A stretch of 64,000 nucleotides of DNA from the NCBI GenBank assembly GCA_043759735.1, contig JAYUQC010000070.1:10985-74984 (forward strand), in the 5' to 3' direction. The notes beneath the pieces are model-generated. The model ran no database searches and was not told where the DNA came from. It saw nothing but the letters and a program-made list of their open reading frames with translations. Each line of letters starts with the position of its first letter. The first letter of the stretch is position 1. Source of the DNA: Rhodoferax sp. GTDB lineage: Bacteria; Pseudomonadota; Gammaproteobacteria; Burkholderiales; Burkholderiaceae_C. Of this stretch, positions 50,422 through 61,672 are shown piece after piece. The position numbers and the translations under genes are program-made.

Positions 50422-51834
50422 ATGATCCAATGGTTCTTTCAACGGCAACTGCGTCCAGCGTGCGTCGGGTTGCTAGTGCTGTCAGGCACTCCGGCTGCCC
50501 AAGCGGCTGGTTTTCAGATCAACGAGATATCCGCCTCGGGTCTTGGCAACGCGTCCGCCGGTGGTGCCGCCGAGGCGTCGGACGCAAGCACTATCTGGTC
50601 GAACGTGGCCGGCCTGTCGCGACTGGGCCAGAGTCAGGTGTCCGGCACCCTGCACTTGATCATGCCGTCGCTGCAATTTCGCAACGGCGCGTCGATGGCG
50701 GCGTTGGGCCAGACGCTGGGCAACACCGGTGGAAACGCTGGTGGTCTGGTTCCGGTACCCAACTTTTATGTCGCCAGGCCGATCGATGGCAGCCTGTCGA
50801 TCGGCCTGGGCATCAACGCACCCTGGGGCCTGGTGACGGAATACGACGCGGGTTGGCTGGGACGTTTCCAGGCGATCAAATCCAGCATTGAGACCATCAA
50901 CCTGAATCCGGGCTTGTCTTGGAAAGCTTCAGACCGCGTTGCACTGGGGTTTGGCCTGAACATGCAGCATATATCGGCCGAGTTCACCAACCAGGTCAAT
51001 TATTCTGCTGCCCTGCTCAGCGCCGCCGCGCTCAATGGCATTGCGCCCGGCTCGGCGGGCTTCAACGCGATTGCGGCCGCAACGCCAGGTCTGGAGTCGA
51101 GCGCCCGCGTCAAGGGGTCGGACAACGCCTTCGGCTGGAATGCCGGTGTCCTGTTCAATCTGGACGACCGGACGCGCGTGGGGTTGCACTATCGCTCGAG
51201 CGTGAAATACCGGGTCGACGGCACAGCCACATTTGCCAATCCGGGGCTGCCCGGTGCAGCGCCAGCGGTGACCGCATTGCTGGCCGCTGGTGTGAATGCA
51301 GCCCAATTGTTCAACACCCGTATCTCATCCAATGTCGAGATTCCCGCTGTCGTCAACCTGTCCTATTTCACGACAGTCAATGATCGATGGGACCTGATGG
51401 CGGACGCCCAGTGGACGCAATGGTCGACGGTCAAGGATCTGACCTTTGTGCGGCCAAATGGCACGGTGTTGCAAAGTACGCCTGAGAACTTCAGGAACAG
51501 CTGGAAGCTGGCGATTGGCGCAAACTACCGGTACAGCCCGCAATGGACGTTGCGAGGCGGCATCGCGATCGACCAGTCGCCGGTGCAGGAAGCCTTCATA
51601 ACGCCACGCCTACCTGATGCCGACCGGACCTTTTTGACGGTTGGTGCGCGTTATGCGATGAATTCCAGGCTCACGGTCGATATGGGCGCTGGATATGTAT
51701 TCATCCGCAAGACGAACATCAACGCCAACGGGGATCCGGCCGATCCAACGGGAGCGTTGGCCAATGGCCTGATCAACGGCTACTACAAGAGCCATGCCGT
51801 CATCCTGTCGGCACAGCTGAACTACGCGTTTTGA
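50422..51834 (+). CDS. OmpP1/FadL family outer-membrane transporter
   Basis: Signal peptide followed by AGFQINE..ASGLGNA.AG hatch, PWGLVTEY, TPRLPDADR and C-terminal YAF. Confidence 0.92.
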   Translation: MIQWFFQRQLRPACVGLLVLSGTPAAQAAGFQINEISASGLGNASAGGAAEASDASTIWSNVAGLSRLGQSQVSGTLHLIMPSLQFRNGASMAALGQTLGNTGGNAGGLVPVPNFYVARPIDGSLSIGLGINAPWGLVTEYDAGWLGRFQAIKSSIETINLNPGLSWKASDRVALGFGLNMQHISAEFTNQVNYSAALLSAAALNGIAPGSAGFNAIAAATPGLESSARVKGSDNAFGWNAGVLFNLDDRTRVGLHYRSSVKYRVDGTATFANPGLPGAAPAVTALLAAGVNAAQLFNTRISSNVEIPAVVNLSYFTTVNDRWDLMADAQWTQWSTVKDLTFVRPNGTVLQSTPENFRNSWKLAIGANYRYSPQWTLRGGIAIDQSPVQEAFITPRLPDADRTFLTVGARYAMNSRLTVDMGAGYVFIRKTNINANGDPADPTGALANGLINGYYKSHAVILSAQLNYAF

Positions 51835-52024
51835 CCATTGCACCATCGTTGGCGCGCGGCGTCGAACGGCGACGTGAAATCAATGGGGAAATTGGCCGCC
51901 CGACCCGACATCACGGATCGGCACAACCGGCCAGCCAGGCGAGCAGGGGCGCCTTGGCCGGCTGCAGGCGCTTGCAGGCCAGCACGGCATTGCTCGGAGC
52001 CTCTATGCGACGGCCGTGGTCAGC

Positions 52025-52579
52025 TCAGACGCGCCGGCGGTACTCGCCGGTCCGGGTGTCGATCTCGACCTTGTCACCCTGGGCGACGAAGATCGGAACG
52101 CCAATCTCGAAGCCGGTCGCGATCTTGGCCGGCTTGAGGACCTTGCCCGAGGTATCGCCCTTGACGGCCGGTTCGGTCCAGGTGATTTCGCGCTCGACGC
52201 TGGTGGGCAACTCGACCGAAATCGCCTTGCCGTCGTAAAACACCACTTCGAGCGGCATGCCGTCTTCAAGGTAGTTAAGGGTATCGCCCATATTCTCGGA
52301 TTCGACCTCGTACTGGTTGAATTCCTCGTCCATGCACACGTACATCGGGTCGGCGAAGTAGGAGTAGGTGCATTCCTTCTTGTCCAGGATGACCTGGTCC
52401 ATCTTGTCGTCGGCCTTGAAAACAACCTCGGTACCGAAGTTGTTGAGCAGGCTTTTGAGCTTCATGCGCACGGTAGCGGAGTTGCGCCCGCCACGGCTGT
52501 ATTCGGTTTTCAGCACCACCATCGGGTCTTTGCCGTGCATGATCACATTGCCGGCACGGATTTCTTGCGCGATTTTCAT
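52025..52579 (-). CDS. efp: Elongation factor P (Arg32, rhamnosylated type)
   Basis: SRGGRNSA loop, [17 protein letters not shown]; directly downstream of earP. Confidence 0.98.
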   Translation of the reverse strand: MKIAQEIRAGNVIMHGKDPMVVLKTEYSRGGRNSATVRMKLKSLLNNFGTEVVFKADDKMDQVILDKKECTYSYFADPMYVCMDEEFNQYEVESENMGDTLNYLEDGMPLEVVFYDGKAISVELPTSVEREITWTEPAVKGDTSGKVLKPAKIATGFEIGVPIFVAQGDKVEIDTRTGEYRRRV

Positions 52580-52708
52580 TCGGGTTTCCCATCAATTGCC
52601 GCGCTACGGGTGCAGCGCGGAGTTGCGATGCGAAAGTGACCCGCGCCTGCGGTGGATCGTTGCGGCTCTGGCCGGGTCGGCAAGGGTAGTTCCGCAAAGC
52701 GATGGATT

Positions 52709-53857
52709 TTAGCCCTTTCCACCATCGTCCCTGGCCGACGCCCGGATCGCGGCGACGAATGCAGCCAATCGCGTGGCCAGGTCCGGTAGCGCTTCCTGCT
52801 GGCGGCAAGCCTCGGACGCCCAGCGGCTCCATTGGGCAGGATCGAGCTGCGGCATCGGACCGGCGCTTATCCCGTTCCAGACCATGTGGGCTCGCCGCAG
52901 CGAATCGGGCGTATCCAGAACGTCCAGCAGGGCCAGCAACTTGGTGTGGTGGGCGTCGTCCTGCTGCGGATAGATATGCCAGATGAATGGCTTGGCGGCC
53001 CACAAGGCGCGCACCAGCGAGTCTTCACCGCGTACAAAATTGAGGTCGCAAGCCCACAGCAGATGGTCGAAATCGCGTTGCGTCAGCGGCTCCAGGAAGT
53101 TGATCGACAGCGACGATGATGCCGCCGTATCGGCAGCGCCCACCTGCTGCGTCGGGGCCAAGGCGCGCACCGCTGCTGCTGCCCGTCCGTGGGTCACCAG
53201 CAACCGGGTTGGAGTGGGCTGCTTTTGCCAATGGGCCAGTTGCGCTGCCAGGGCGACAGGTTCATAGCAGAACAGCGACACCAGCTGTTCGCCTCGCCAG
53301 GCGATGCCCCGGTCGGACAACCAGCGCGCGCGGTCGAAGTCGGCGCGGCGCTGTGCGAGATCGGGCTCGCGCAACAGGCCTCCGCTGTCCGACGTGAAAC
53401 CGGGGTAGAAGAAGTGCTTGGTGCTGCCGTTGGCGACTCCGACCATCACGGGCGATGGCAGACCGTGCGAGCGGCGGGCGAAAGATTCAGCCGACAGGTA
53501 TTCGAGATTGATCCAGGCCGGCGCCCCCGCGCTGCCGGGGCCGGCATCCTGCAGATGGTGGGCCAGGAACGGAACCGGAATGTCGCAGCCGAAGGCTTCG
53601 ATCCATCCGTCGGCGGGCGCCACCACCGACAGCGTTGCCGCTTCACTGGCCAATTTCCAGTCGAACACCCGGATGCGGTCCCAGCGGCCTTGCAGCGCAC
53701 CGGGCGCCATCCATGCCAATGCGCTGGGGTCGTCGATCCACAAGCGGACGCTGTCGCCGCGCGTTGCCAGATCGGCGGCGAGGCGCCAGCACACGCCGAT
53801 ATCGCCGTAGTTGTCGATGACTCGGCAAAAGATGTCCCAGCGGATCGCCATGCGCAT
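52709..53857 (-). CDS. earP: EF-P arginine rhamnosyltransferase EarP
   Basis: [45 protein letters not shown]. Confidence 0.96.
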   Translation of the reverse strand: MRMAIRWDIFCRVIDNYGDIGVCWRLAADLATRGDSVRLWIDDPSALAWMAPGALQGRWDRIRVFDWKLASEAATLSVVAPADGWIEAFGCDIPVPFLAHHLQDAGPGSAGAPAWINLEYLSAESFARRSHGLPSPVMVGVANGSTKHFFYPGFTSDSGGLLREPDLAQRRADFDRARWLSDRGIAWRGEQLVSLFCYEPVALAAQLAHWQKQPTPTRLLVTHGRAAAAVRALAPTQQVGAADTAASSSLSINFLEPLTQRDFDHLLWACDLNFVRGEDSLVRALWAAKPFIWHIYPQQDDAHHTKLLALLDVLDTPDSLRRAHMVWNGISAGPMPQLDPAQWSRWASEACRQQEALPDLATRLAAFVAAIRASARDDGGKG

Positions 53858-53883
53858 GTGCCGGATTGTCCACAATACGGGTC

Positions 53884-55971
53884 ATGTCCAAGTCCAAACC
53901 CCAAGCCGAAACGGATGCAGTGCCGGTTCAGGCGCAGGCCATGGCGACAGTGCCGGACGATGCTCCGATGCACGGTGCGCCGTTGCTGGCCGAGGTTGCC
54001 GCCTTGCCCGGCCTGCCGGGCGTGTACCGGTTCTTCGACGCCGCTGGCGACGTGCTGTACGTGGGCAAGGCCATCAACCTGAAGAAGCGGGTCGCGAGCT
54101 ATTTCCGCAACAACCACGGGGGTACCCGCATTGGCCACATGGTCGGGCGCATTGCCCGCATGCAGACCACCGTGGTCCGCTCGGAGGCCGAGGCGCTACT
54201 GCTCGAAAACAACCTGATCAAGACACTGGGCCCGAAATACAACATCTTGTTTCGCGACGATAAGAGCTATCCCTATCTGAAGCTCACCGGCGTGGGTGCG
54301 GGCGCCACGCCGCGCCAGGGGATGGCCAGCCAGCCATCGGTGTCGGCGTCGATGGGCGCCGGTGCGGCAGTGGCAGTGCCCGCGCCGGCGGCCAACGCGT
54401 TCCCGCGGGTTGCCTATTTCCGTGGCGCGGTGGAAAAGAAGCACCGCTATTTCGGGCCCTATCCCAGTGCGTGGGCGGTCAAGGAGAGCATCCTGCTGCT
54501 TCAAAAGCTGTTCCGGTTGCGCACTTGTGAGGACACGGTGTTCAGCAACCGCACCCGTCCCTGTCTGCTGTACCAGATCAAGCGCTGCTCCGCGCCGTGT
54601 GTGGGCCACATTGCCCAGGCCGACTATGCGCTGGATGTGGCGCTGGCCGAGCGTTTTCTGCAGGGCGACGCCAGCGACGTGCTGGCCGAGCTCGAGGCCC
54701 GGATGCTGGCGCACGCCCAGAAGCTGGAGTTCGAGGCCGCGGCCGACCTGCGCGACCAGGTCTCGGCACTGTCCAGTGTGCTGCATCAGCAGTCGGTGGA
54801 CAACGTGTCGGACCGCGACGTCGACATCCTGGCGGTGAAGGTGCAGGGTGGCAAGGCCTGTGTCAACCTGGCCATGGTGCGGGGTGGGCGCCACCTCGGC
54901 GACCGGGCCTATTTTCCGGTGCATGTCGATGACGCGTCGGTGATGCAGCAAGCGCAGGACGACGGGGTCACCGCACCAATGGCGCAAGAGAGCCAGGTGC
55001 TGGAGGCTTTCATCGCACAGCACTACCTGGATGTGGCCGTGCCGGGTTCGCTGGTCACCGGCGCGCCGGTCCGCGCAGCGCTGGTGCAGGCCTTGTCGGA
55101 ACAAAGGGGTGTCAAAGTCAGCGTGGTGCACCAACCGCGCGAGCAGCGGCGCATCTGGCTCGAGATGGCGCAGACCAATGCCGATCTGCAGTTGGCCCGC
55201 CTGTTGGCCGAGGAGGGCTCGCAGCAAGCGCGCACGCAGTCGCTGGCGTTGGCGCTGGACCTGCCGTGCGACGATCTGGACGGACTGCGGATCGAGTGTT
55301 TCGACATTTCGCATACGGCTGGTGAAGCGACCCAGGCTTCGTGTGTCGTGTTCCAGCACCATGCGATGCAGTCGTCCGAGTACCGGCGCTACTCCATCCT
55401 GGACATCACGCCGGGCGACGACTACGCCGCCATGCGCCAAGTGCTGATGCGACGCTACGCCAAACTGGTCGAGGCGCTTCGGATCGCGCAAGACCTTGGC
55501 GAGCCGGTGGCCCATGCAGCCCGCATGCCGGACCTGGTGCTGGTCGACGGTGGCAAGGGACAGGTGGCAATGGCGCGCGAGGTGTTCGAGGCCCTGGGGC
55601 TGGACCTGTCGCTGATCGTCGGCGTGGAAAAAGGCGAAGGGCGCCGCGTCGGCCTTGAGGAATTGGTTTTTGCCGACGGACGCGACAAGATTGCCCTGGG
55701 CAAAGATTCGGCGGCGCTGATGCTGGTCGCACAGGTGCGCGACGAGGCGCATCGGTTTGCGATCACGGGCATGCGCGCCCGCCGTGCCCGGGTGCGGATC
55801 GGTGGCGGGCAGTTGCAGGAGATCCCTGGAATCGGGCCCAAGCGCCGCGCGCGGCTGCTGCAACGTTTTGGCGGTGTGCGCGGTGTGGGGCTGGCCAGTG
55901 TGGACGATCTGGCCACGGTCGAGGGTGTCTCGCGCGCGCTGGCAGAGGAAATCTACCGCGCCCTGCATTGA
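53884..55971 (+). CDS. uvrC: Excinuclease ABC subunit UvrC
   Basis: PGVYRF..LYVGKA GIY-YIG domain, Cys cluster, [22 protein letters not shown], HhH IPGIGPKR. Confidence 0.97.
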   Translation: MSKSKPQAETDAVPVQAQAMATVPDDAPMHGAPLLAEVAALPGLPGVYRFFDAAGDVLYVGKAINLKKRVASYFRNNHGGTRIGHMVGRIARMQTTVVRSEAEALLLENNLIKTLGPKYNILFRDDKSYPYLKLTGVGAGATPRQGMASQPSVSASMGAGAAVAVPAPAANAFPRVAYFRGAVEKKHRYFGPYPSAWAVKESILLLQKLFRLRTCEDTVFSNRTRPCLLYQIKRCSAPCVGHIAQADYALDVALAERFLQGDASDVLAELEARMLAHAQKLEFEAAADLRDQVSALSSVLHQQSVDNVSDRDVDILAVKVQGGKACVNLAMVRGGRHLGDRAYFPVHVDDASVMQQAQDDGVTAPMAQESQVLEAFIAQHYLDVAVPGSLVTGAPVRAALVQALSEQRGVKVSVVHQPREQRRIWLEMAQTNADLQLARLLAEEGSQQARTQSLALALDLPCDDLDGLRIECFDISHTAGEATQASCVVFQHHAMQSSEYRRYSILDITPGDDYAAMRQVLMRRYAKLVEALRIAQDLGEPVAHAARMPDLVLVDGGKGQVAMAREVFEALGLDLSLIVGVEKGEGRRVGLEELVFADGRDKIALGKDSAALMLVAQVRDEAHRFAITGMRARRARVRIGGGQLQEIPGIGPKRRARLLQRFGGVRGVGLASVDDLATVEGVSRALAEEIYRALH

Positions 55972-56032
55972 TGCTGGCGCCCGGCGCGTCGCATCCGGGT
56001 GGGCAGGCCGGTGGCCATGCCACAATTCGAAC

Positions 56033-56608
56033 ATGTTCCTGACGATTCCGACCATCATGACCTGGACGCGGATCGTCGCGATTCCGCTCATCGTCGGCGT
56101 GTTCTATCTGCCAGAGGCGCTGTTGCCGATGCCGTCCAAGAACCTGGTTGCCACCGTCCTGTTCGTAGTGTTTGCGGCCACCGACTGGCTGGATGGCTAC
56201 CTGGCACGCAAGCTCAACCAGACCTCGTCATTCGGTGCCTTCCTCGACCCGGTAGCAGACAAGTTCCTGGTCTGTGCTTCGCTGCTGGTGCTGGTGCATC
56301 TGAACCGGGCCGATGTGTTCGTCGGCCTGATCATCATCGGACGCGAGATCGCAATATCGGCGCTGCGCGAGTGGATGGCCCAGATCGGTGCCTCCAAGAG
56401 CGTGGCGGTGCACATGATCGGCAAGCTCAAGACGGTCGGGCAGATGGTCGCGATTCCGTTCCTGTTGTACGACGGCGTGTTGTTCGATCTGATAGACACC
56501 CGGGTATGGGGTCAGTGGCTGATCTGGGTGGCGGCCGTACTGACAGTCTGGTCGATGGTGTACTACCTGCAAAAGGCCGTGCCGGAGATCCGCGCCCGGG
56601 TCAAATAG
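56033..56608 (+). CDS. pgsA: CDP-diacylglycerol--glycerol-3-phosphate 3-phosphatidyltransferase
   Basis: TDWLDGYLARK..FGAFLDPVADK CDP-alcohol phosphotransferase motif; follows uvrC. Confidence 0.97.
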   Translation: MFLTIPTIMTWTRIVAIPLIVGVFYLPEALLPMPSKNLVATVLFVVFAATDWLDGYLARKLNQTSSFGAFLDPVADKFLVCASLLVLVHLNRADVFVGLIIIGREIAISALREWMAQIGASKSVAVHMIGKLKTVGQMVAIPFLLYDGVLFDLIDTRVWGQWLIWVAAVLTVWSMVYYLQKAVPEIRARVK

Positions 56609-56621
56609 GGGTGGATGAGCA

Positions 56622-57512
56622 GTGAGCGCCGACGCGAGGGGTGATTCACTGGTGCGCGTCATGCCGCTGGTGTTTGTACTGATCTGGAGCACCGGTTTCG
56701 TCGTTGCGCGCTATGGCATGCCGCATGGCCCCCCGTTCAGTTTCCTGGCGCTGCGCTACGCGTTGTCGGTGCTGTGTTTTCTGCCCTGGATCTGGCTGGC
56801 CGGGTCGCGCTGGCCCAGCGGCAAGCTGCAATGGCGCCATTTGGCGGTCACCGGCGTACTGATGCATGCCGGCTACCTCGGCGGCGTCTGGGCGGCGGTC
56901 AAGGCCGGCATGGGGTCGGGTGTCTCCGCATTGGTGGTCGGCCTGCAGCCGGTGCTGACGGCCATCTGGTTGTCGGCTGCGGGTACCACGGTGAGCCCTC
57001 GACAGTGGCTGGGTTTGATCCTGGGCCTGGCGGGCCTGGTTCTGGTCGTATCGCGCAAGCTCGGCGTTGGCAGTTCCGCCGACCATGTCGACATGGCGAA
57101 CCTGGCACTGGCCGTTGGCGCCCTGGTGTCGATCACCATCGGAACGCTGTACCAAAAGCGCTATGTTGCGCCGTGTGACGTGCGCACCGCCAATGCAGTT
57201 CAATTGGCCGCCGCCTTTCTGGTGACGCTGCCGCTGGCCATGCTGGAGGGCGAATCCATCGACTGGAACGGCGAGTCGATCGGTGCGCTGGCCTGGTCGG
57301 TGCTGGTGCTGACCCTGGGCGGCAGCTCGCTGCTGTACCTGCTGATCCAGCGTGGCGCGGCGACATCGGTGACCAGCCTGTTCTACATGGTGCCGCCCAC
57401 TGCAGCGCTGATGGCGTGGGTGCTGTTTGACGAGCCGATCACGGTCTTCACCGTGCTGGGCATGGCGCTGGCGGCGCTAGGCGTGAGTCTGGTTATTCGG
57501 GCCAGAAATTAG
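56622..57512 (+). CDS. DMT/EamA family transporter
   Basis: About 10 TM segments; FVLIWSTGF, LQPVLTA, GTLYQKR. Confidence 0.9.
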   Translation: MSADARGDSLVRVMPLVFVLIWSTGFVVARYGMPHGPPFSFLALRYALSVLCFLPWIWLAGSRWPSGKLQWRHLAVTGVLMHAGYLGGVWAAVKAGMGSGVSALVVGLQPVLTAIWLSAAGTTVSPRQWLGLILGLAGLVLVVSRKLGVGSSADHVDMANLALAVGALVSITIGTLYQKRYVAPCDVRTANAVQLAAAFLVTLPLAMLEGESIDWNGESIGALAWSVLVLTLGGSSLLYLLIQRGAATSVTSLFYMVPPTAALMAWVLFDEPITVFTVLGMALAALGVSLVIRARN

Positions 57513-57597
57513 GGTTGCCGCGCGGACGCCTTCATTGACCCGTCGGTGGCACGGTGTGCCGCCATTTTTTTCCATCGCAACCAGGAGATGCAACAAC

Positions 57598-58689
57598 ATG
57601 GGCAAACAACGAATCGCAGTGATCGCCGGTGACGGCATTGGCCAGGAGGTCATGCCCGAGGGCATACGGGCCATGGAGGCGGCGGCAGAAAAGTACGGCA
57701 TTGACCTGCAGTTCGACCACTTCGACTTCTCCAGTTGGGCGTATTACGAGCGCCATGGCACGATGCTGCCCACTGACTGGAAGGAGCAGATCGGCGGTCA
57801 TGACGCGATCTATTTCGGCGCGGTCGGCTGGCCGGACAAGATCGCCGATCATGTATCGCTGTGGGGCTCGCTGCTGCTGTTTCGGCGCGAGTTCGACCAA
57901 TATATCAACCTGCGTCCGGCACGCCTGATGCCCGGCATCATCGCGCCTGTCGTGCGGCGCGACGGGAGCCGGCGCGACCCTGGCGAGATCGACATGTACA
58001 TCGTGCGCGAGAACACGGAGGGCGAATACTCCAGCATCGGCGGGCGCATGTTCGCCGGTACCGAGCGCGAGATCGTGATGCAGGAGACCGTGATGACGCG
58101 CATCGGCGTGGACAGGGTGCTGCGGTTCGCGTTTGAACTCGCGCGCTCACGCCCGGACCGGCACCTGACCAGCGCCACCAAATCCAACGGCATTGCGATC
58201 ACGATGCCCTATTGGGATGAGCGGGTGGAGCAGATGGCGTTGCAGTATCCGGATGTCACGGTCGACAAGTTCCACATCGACATACTGACCGCCCATTTCG
58301 TGCAGCGCCCCGACTTCTTCGATGTGGTCGTGGCGAGCAATCTGTTTGGCGACATCCTGAGCGATCTCGGGCCCGCCTGCACCGGCACGATCGGCATTGC
58401 GCCCAGCGCAAACCTGAATCCGAGCCGCAGCTTCCCGTCGCTGTTCGAGCCGGTGCACGGGTCGGCGCCCGATATCGCGGGCAAGGGCATTGCCAATCCG
58501 ATCGGCCAGATCTGGTGCGGCGCGATGATGCTTGAGTTTCTCGGGCATCGGCAGGCCCATGATGCAGTGTTGTCTGCCATCGAACAGGTGCTCGCACCCG
58601 GCAGCGGAGCACCGCGAACACCGGATATGGGCGGCACGGCGACTACATCGGACCTGGGTCGGGCCATCGCGCAGGCTGTCACCGGGTGA
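57598..58689 (+). CDS. Tartrate dehydrogenase / D-malate dehydrogenase (decarboxylating)
   Basis: AGDGIGQEV, DHVSLWG, RENTEGEYS, TKSNGI, SNLFGDILSD, EPVHGSAPDI. Confidence 0.92.
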   Translation: MGKQRIAVIAGDGIGQEVMPEGIRAMEAAAEKYGIDLQFDHFDFSSWAYYERHGTMLPTDWKEQIGGHDAIYFGAVGWPDKIADHVSLWGSLLLFRREFDQYINLRPARLMPGIIAPVVRRDGSRRDPGEIDMYIVRENTEGEYSSIGGRMFAGTEREIVMQETVMTRIGVDRVLRFAFELARSRPDRHLTSATKSNGIAITMPYWDERVEQMALQYPDVTVDKFHIDILTAHFVQRPDFFDVVVASNLFGDILSDLGPACTGTIGIAPSANLNPSRSFPSLFEPVHGSAPDIAGKGIANPIGQIWCGAMMLEFLGHRQAHDAVLSAIEQVLAPGSGAPRTPDMGGTATTSDLGRAIAQAVTG

Positions 58690-59017
58690 CGGCCCATTGC
58701 CGCACGGAGCCAGCGTCCATCGGCACAGGCTTGGCCGCAAGTGTAAAAATTGCGGCAGACCTTGTCGCGCCAAGAGGCGGGCGCCTGGCAAAAGCGAATA
58801 GAATTCGCGTCCGCGTTGCAGTTTGCCGTCCGACAGGTTGACACACTCGAAGTCCGTCGCTCTAATCAGTCGTAGCTGTACGGACTCCGAAATCTGTGAA
58901 TCAGACCGTTGGTTTCCTGTGCGACCGAGCCCATCACACGACCGTTCCGGATTGTGCGGTGTCCAGATTTTTGCGGGGATACATGCGGTGTCCTCGCGTC
59001 CTTTCGAGAGGTTCTTT

Positions 59018-59290
59018 GTGAACAAGACAGAGTTGATTGAACATATCGCCAAACACGCCGATCTTTCCAAGGCTGCGGCTACCCGCGCCCTGGAGTCCAC
59101 CATTGGCGCGGTAAAGACCACGCTGAAAAAAGGTGGTTCGGTGTCCCTGGTCGGATTCGGCACGTTTGCGGTTGGTAAACGTGCTGCCCGTACCGGCCGG
59201 AACCCGCGTACGGGCGCGGCGATTAAAATCAAGGCTGCCAAGGTTCCAAAGTTTCGTCCGGGCAAGGCATTGAAAGATGCGTTGAACTGA
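59018..59290 (+). CDS. hupB: DNA-binding protein HU
   Basis: GTG start; [34 protein letters not shown]. Confidence 0.95.
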   Translation: MNKTELIEHIAKHADLSKAAATRALESTIGAVKTTLKKGGSVSLVGFGTFAVGKRAARTGRNPRTGAAIKIKAAKVPKFRPGKALKDALN

Positions 59291-59307
59291 GGCGGTTGAT
59301 TGCAGAT

Positions 59308-59383
59308 GGGTTCTTAGCTCAGTTGGTAGAGCGGCGCCCTTACAAGGCGTAGGTCGGCGGTTCGAGCCCGTCAGGACCCACCA
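59308..59383 (+). tRNA. tRNA-Val(TAC)
   Basis: Cloverleaf GGGTTCT...AGGACCC-ACCA, anticodon loop CTTACAA, GGTTCGAG T-loop. Confidence 0.96.
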
Positions 59384-59390
59384 CACGGAC

Positions 59391-59418
59391 AAAGGCGAAC
59401 ACGGTGTTCGCCTTTTTT
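59391..59418 (+). terminator. Rho-independent terminator after tRNA-Val
   Basis: AAAGGCGAACA-CGG-TGTTCGCC-T6. Confidence 0.85.
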
Positions 59419-59489
59419 ATTGATTGGTATCGAGCCCGCGAGCCAGGTGCCCGGCCGATACCCAGAATGATTTGATGGAGTAGCAGCGC

Positions 59490-61409
59490 ATGTTCGATCT
59501 CGTCCGCAAGCACACCAAGGTCCTGATGTTCCTGATGTTCTTGCTGATCATCCCGGCATTCGTGCTGGTGGGTGTAGATGGTTACAACCGTTTCAACAGC
59601 AATTCCGTCGCTGTGGCCACGGTGGGGGGGCGTGACATCACGCAAAACGAATGGGACTCCGCGCACCGAACGGACTCCGAACGACTGCGCGGATCAATGC
59701 CCAACGTCGATCCCAAGTTGCTCGATTCTCCGGCTGCCCGTTTTGCGACGCTCGAGCGCCTGGTGCGTGAACGTGTTCTGGCCGAGGCGGCGGACAAGGC
59801 GCATCTGGCCACCAGCGACGCACGCCTGGCGCGTGAACTGCAGCGCAACCCAAGCATTGCAGCACTGCGCGGCCCGGACGGCAAGCTGAACATGGAGCGT
59901 TACCGCCAACTGGCCGCCAGCCAGGGCTTTACGCCCGAGGGATTCGAGGCCCGCGTCCGGCGTGACCTGTCGCTGCGCCAGGTCGAGGCCGGCGTGCTGT
60001 CGACTGCGTTCGCGACACCGTCGATTGCCAATGTGGCACTGGGCGCATTCTTCGAGCAGCGTGAAGTGCAGGTGGCGCGCTTTTCCACCACGGACTACCT
60101 GGCCAAAGTGGCACCGACCGACGTCGAAATCGAAGCCTATTACAACGCCAACGCGCCGCAATTTCAGGCTCCGGAATCGGTAACCATCGCCTATGTAGTA
60201 CTGGACCTGGCATCGATCAAGCAATCGATGGTCATCAACGAGCAGGATCTCAAGTCCTACTACGACCAGAACGTCGATCGCCTGAGCGGCAAGGAAGAGC
60301 GCCGTGCCAGCCATATCCTGATCACCGCGGCCAAGGACGCAGCTCCGGCCGAACGCTTGAAAGCCAAGGCGCGGGCGCAGGAGTTGCTGGCTGAAGTGCG
60401 CAAGAACCCAGCCGATTTTGCCAACATCGCCAAGAAGAACTCGCAGGATCCGGGTTCAGCCGCAGCCGGTGGCGACCTGGATTTCTTCGCCCGAGGCGCG
60501 ATGGTCAAGCCATTCGAGGACGCGGCCTACGCCATGAAGAAGGGCGACATCAGCGATCTGGTGGAGTCCGACTTCGGATATCACATCATCACATTGACCG
60601 ACATCAAGTCACCCAAGCAGCGCAGTTTTGACGAACTGCGCGCCGGCATCGAGGCGGATCTCAAGACGCAGCAGGCGCAGCGCAAATTCTCCGAGGCGGC
60701 AGAGTCGTTCACCAATGGGGTCTATGAGCAATCGGACAGCCTCAAGCCAGTGGCTGACAAACTCAAGCTCGAGATAAAAACTGCAAGCAACGTGCAGCGC
60801 ATCGCGGCGCCGGGCGCACAAGGGCCGCTTGCGAACGCCAAGTTCCTGGGCGTGCTGTTTGGCGACGACGCGGTCAAGAAGAAACGCAATACCGAGGCGG
60901 TGGAAGTCGGCCCGAGCCAATTGGCATCTGGTCGGGTCGTGTCCTATGCGCCGGCACGGACCCTGCCGCTGGCAGAAGTCCGCACTACGGTGCGGGACAA
61001 GCTGGTGGCGGTGCGCGCAGCGGAGCTGGCCCGCAAGGACGGTGAGGCCCGGCTCGCAGCCTGGAAAAAAACCCCGGCCCAGACGGATGCCAGTACGGCC
61101 GTCGTTGTGTCCCGGGAGCAGCCACAGGGTGTTGCGCCCCAGGTGCTGGAAGCGGCACTGCGGGCGGACCCGGTCGCGCTACCGGCGCTGGTCGGCGTGG
61201 ACCTTGGTGCCGAGGGGTATGCCGTGCTCAACGTCAAACGCATCGTCGCACGCGCGGCTCCGGACGACGCAGCCGCCAAACAGGCGCAAACCCAGTATGT
61301 GCAACTCTGGGCCGCCGCGGAGAATCAGGCCTATTACGAGATGTTGAAAGATCGCTTCAAGGCCCGGATCACCGCGTCGCGACAAGGGACGGTCAACACG
61401 GGTCCGTGA
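59490..61409 (+). CDS. ppiD: Peptidyl-prolyl isomerase PpiD (SurA N-terminal domain plus parvulin domain)
   Basis: N-terminal TM; RASHILI, SQDPGSA..GGDL, MVKPFE, SDFGYHII; follows hupB. Confidence 0.92.
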   Translation: MFDLVRKHTKVLMFLMFLLIIPAFVLVGVDGYNRFNSNSVAVATVGGRDITQNEWDSAHRTDSERLRGSMPNVDPKLLDSPAARFATLERLVRERVLAEAADKAHLATSDARLARELQRNPSIAALRGPDGKLNMERYRQLAASQGFTPEGFEARVRRDLSLRQVEAGVLSTAFATPSIANVALGAFFEQREVQVARFSTTDYLAKVAPTDVEIEAYYNANAPQFQAPESVTIAYVVLDLASIKQSMVINEQDLKSYYDQNVDRLSGKEERRASHILITAAKDAAPAERLKAKARAQELLAEVRKNPADFANIAKKNSQDPGSAAAGGDLDFFARGAMVKPFEDAAYAMKKGDISDLVESDFGYHIITLTDIKSPKQRSFDELRAGIEADLKTQQAQRKFSEAAESFTNGVYEQSDSLKPVADKLKLEIKTASNVQRIAAPGAQGPLANAKFLGVLFGDDAVKKKRNTEAVEVGPSQLASGRVVSYAPARTLPLAEVRTTVRDKLVAVRAAELARKDGEARLAAWKKTPAQTDASTAVVVSREQPQGVAPQVLEAALRADPVALPALVGVDLGAEGYAVLNVKRIVARAAPDDAAAKQAQTQYVQLWAAAENQAYYEMLKDRFKARITASRQGTVNTGP

Positions 61410-61451
61410 AGCACATCTGGCGCCATGGCCGGGCTATAATCGCGGCCGTAC

Positions 61452-61528
61452 GGTGGCTGTAGCTCAGTTGGTAGAGTCCAGGATTGTGATTCCTGTTGTC
61501 GTGGGTTCGAGCCCCATCAGCCACCCCA
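61452..61528 (+). tRNA. tRNA-His(GTG)
   Basis: G-1 plus GTGGCTG...CAGCCAC-CCCA, anticodon loop TTGTGAT; TATAAT about 12 nt upstream. Confidence 0.96.
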
Positions 61529-61539
61529 CACAATCATTG

Positions 61540-61570
61540 AAAGCCCGCTGTCCATTTGGTAGCGGGCTTT
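61540..61570 (+). terminator. Terminator hairpin after tRNA-His
   Basis: AAAGCCCGCT...AGCGGGCTTT. Confidence 0.7.
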
Positions 61571-61672
61571 CGCCGTTTGGCTGCCGGTCGCGCGTAAACC
61601 GCGTGGCCCATCGGACAGTCAGATCTGCGGTTCCAACTGATCCACTGATCCGTGCCTGAGGAATCATTTGCC

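Noticed and set aside
52025-53857. earP-efp as a novel modification system
   Set aside because: This is the well-characterised EF-P Arg32 rhamnosylation pathway, expected in Betaproteobacteria
59308-61570. tRNA-Val and tRNA-His as integration sites
   Set aside because: No integrase and no duplicated tRNA 3' end noticed; both tRNAs are followed by terminators and ordinary genes
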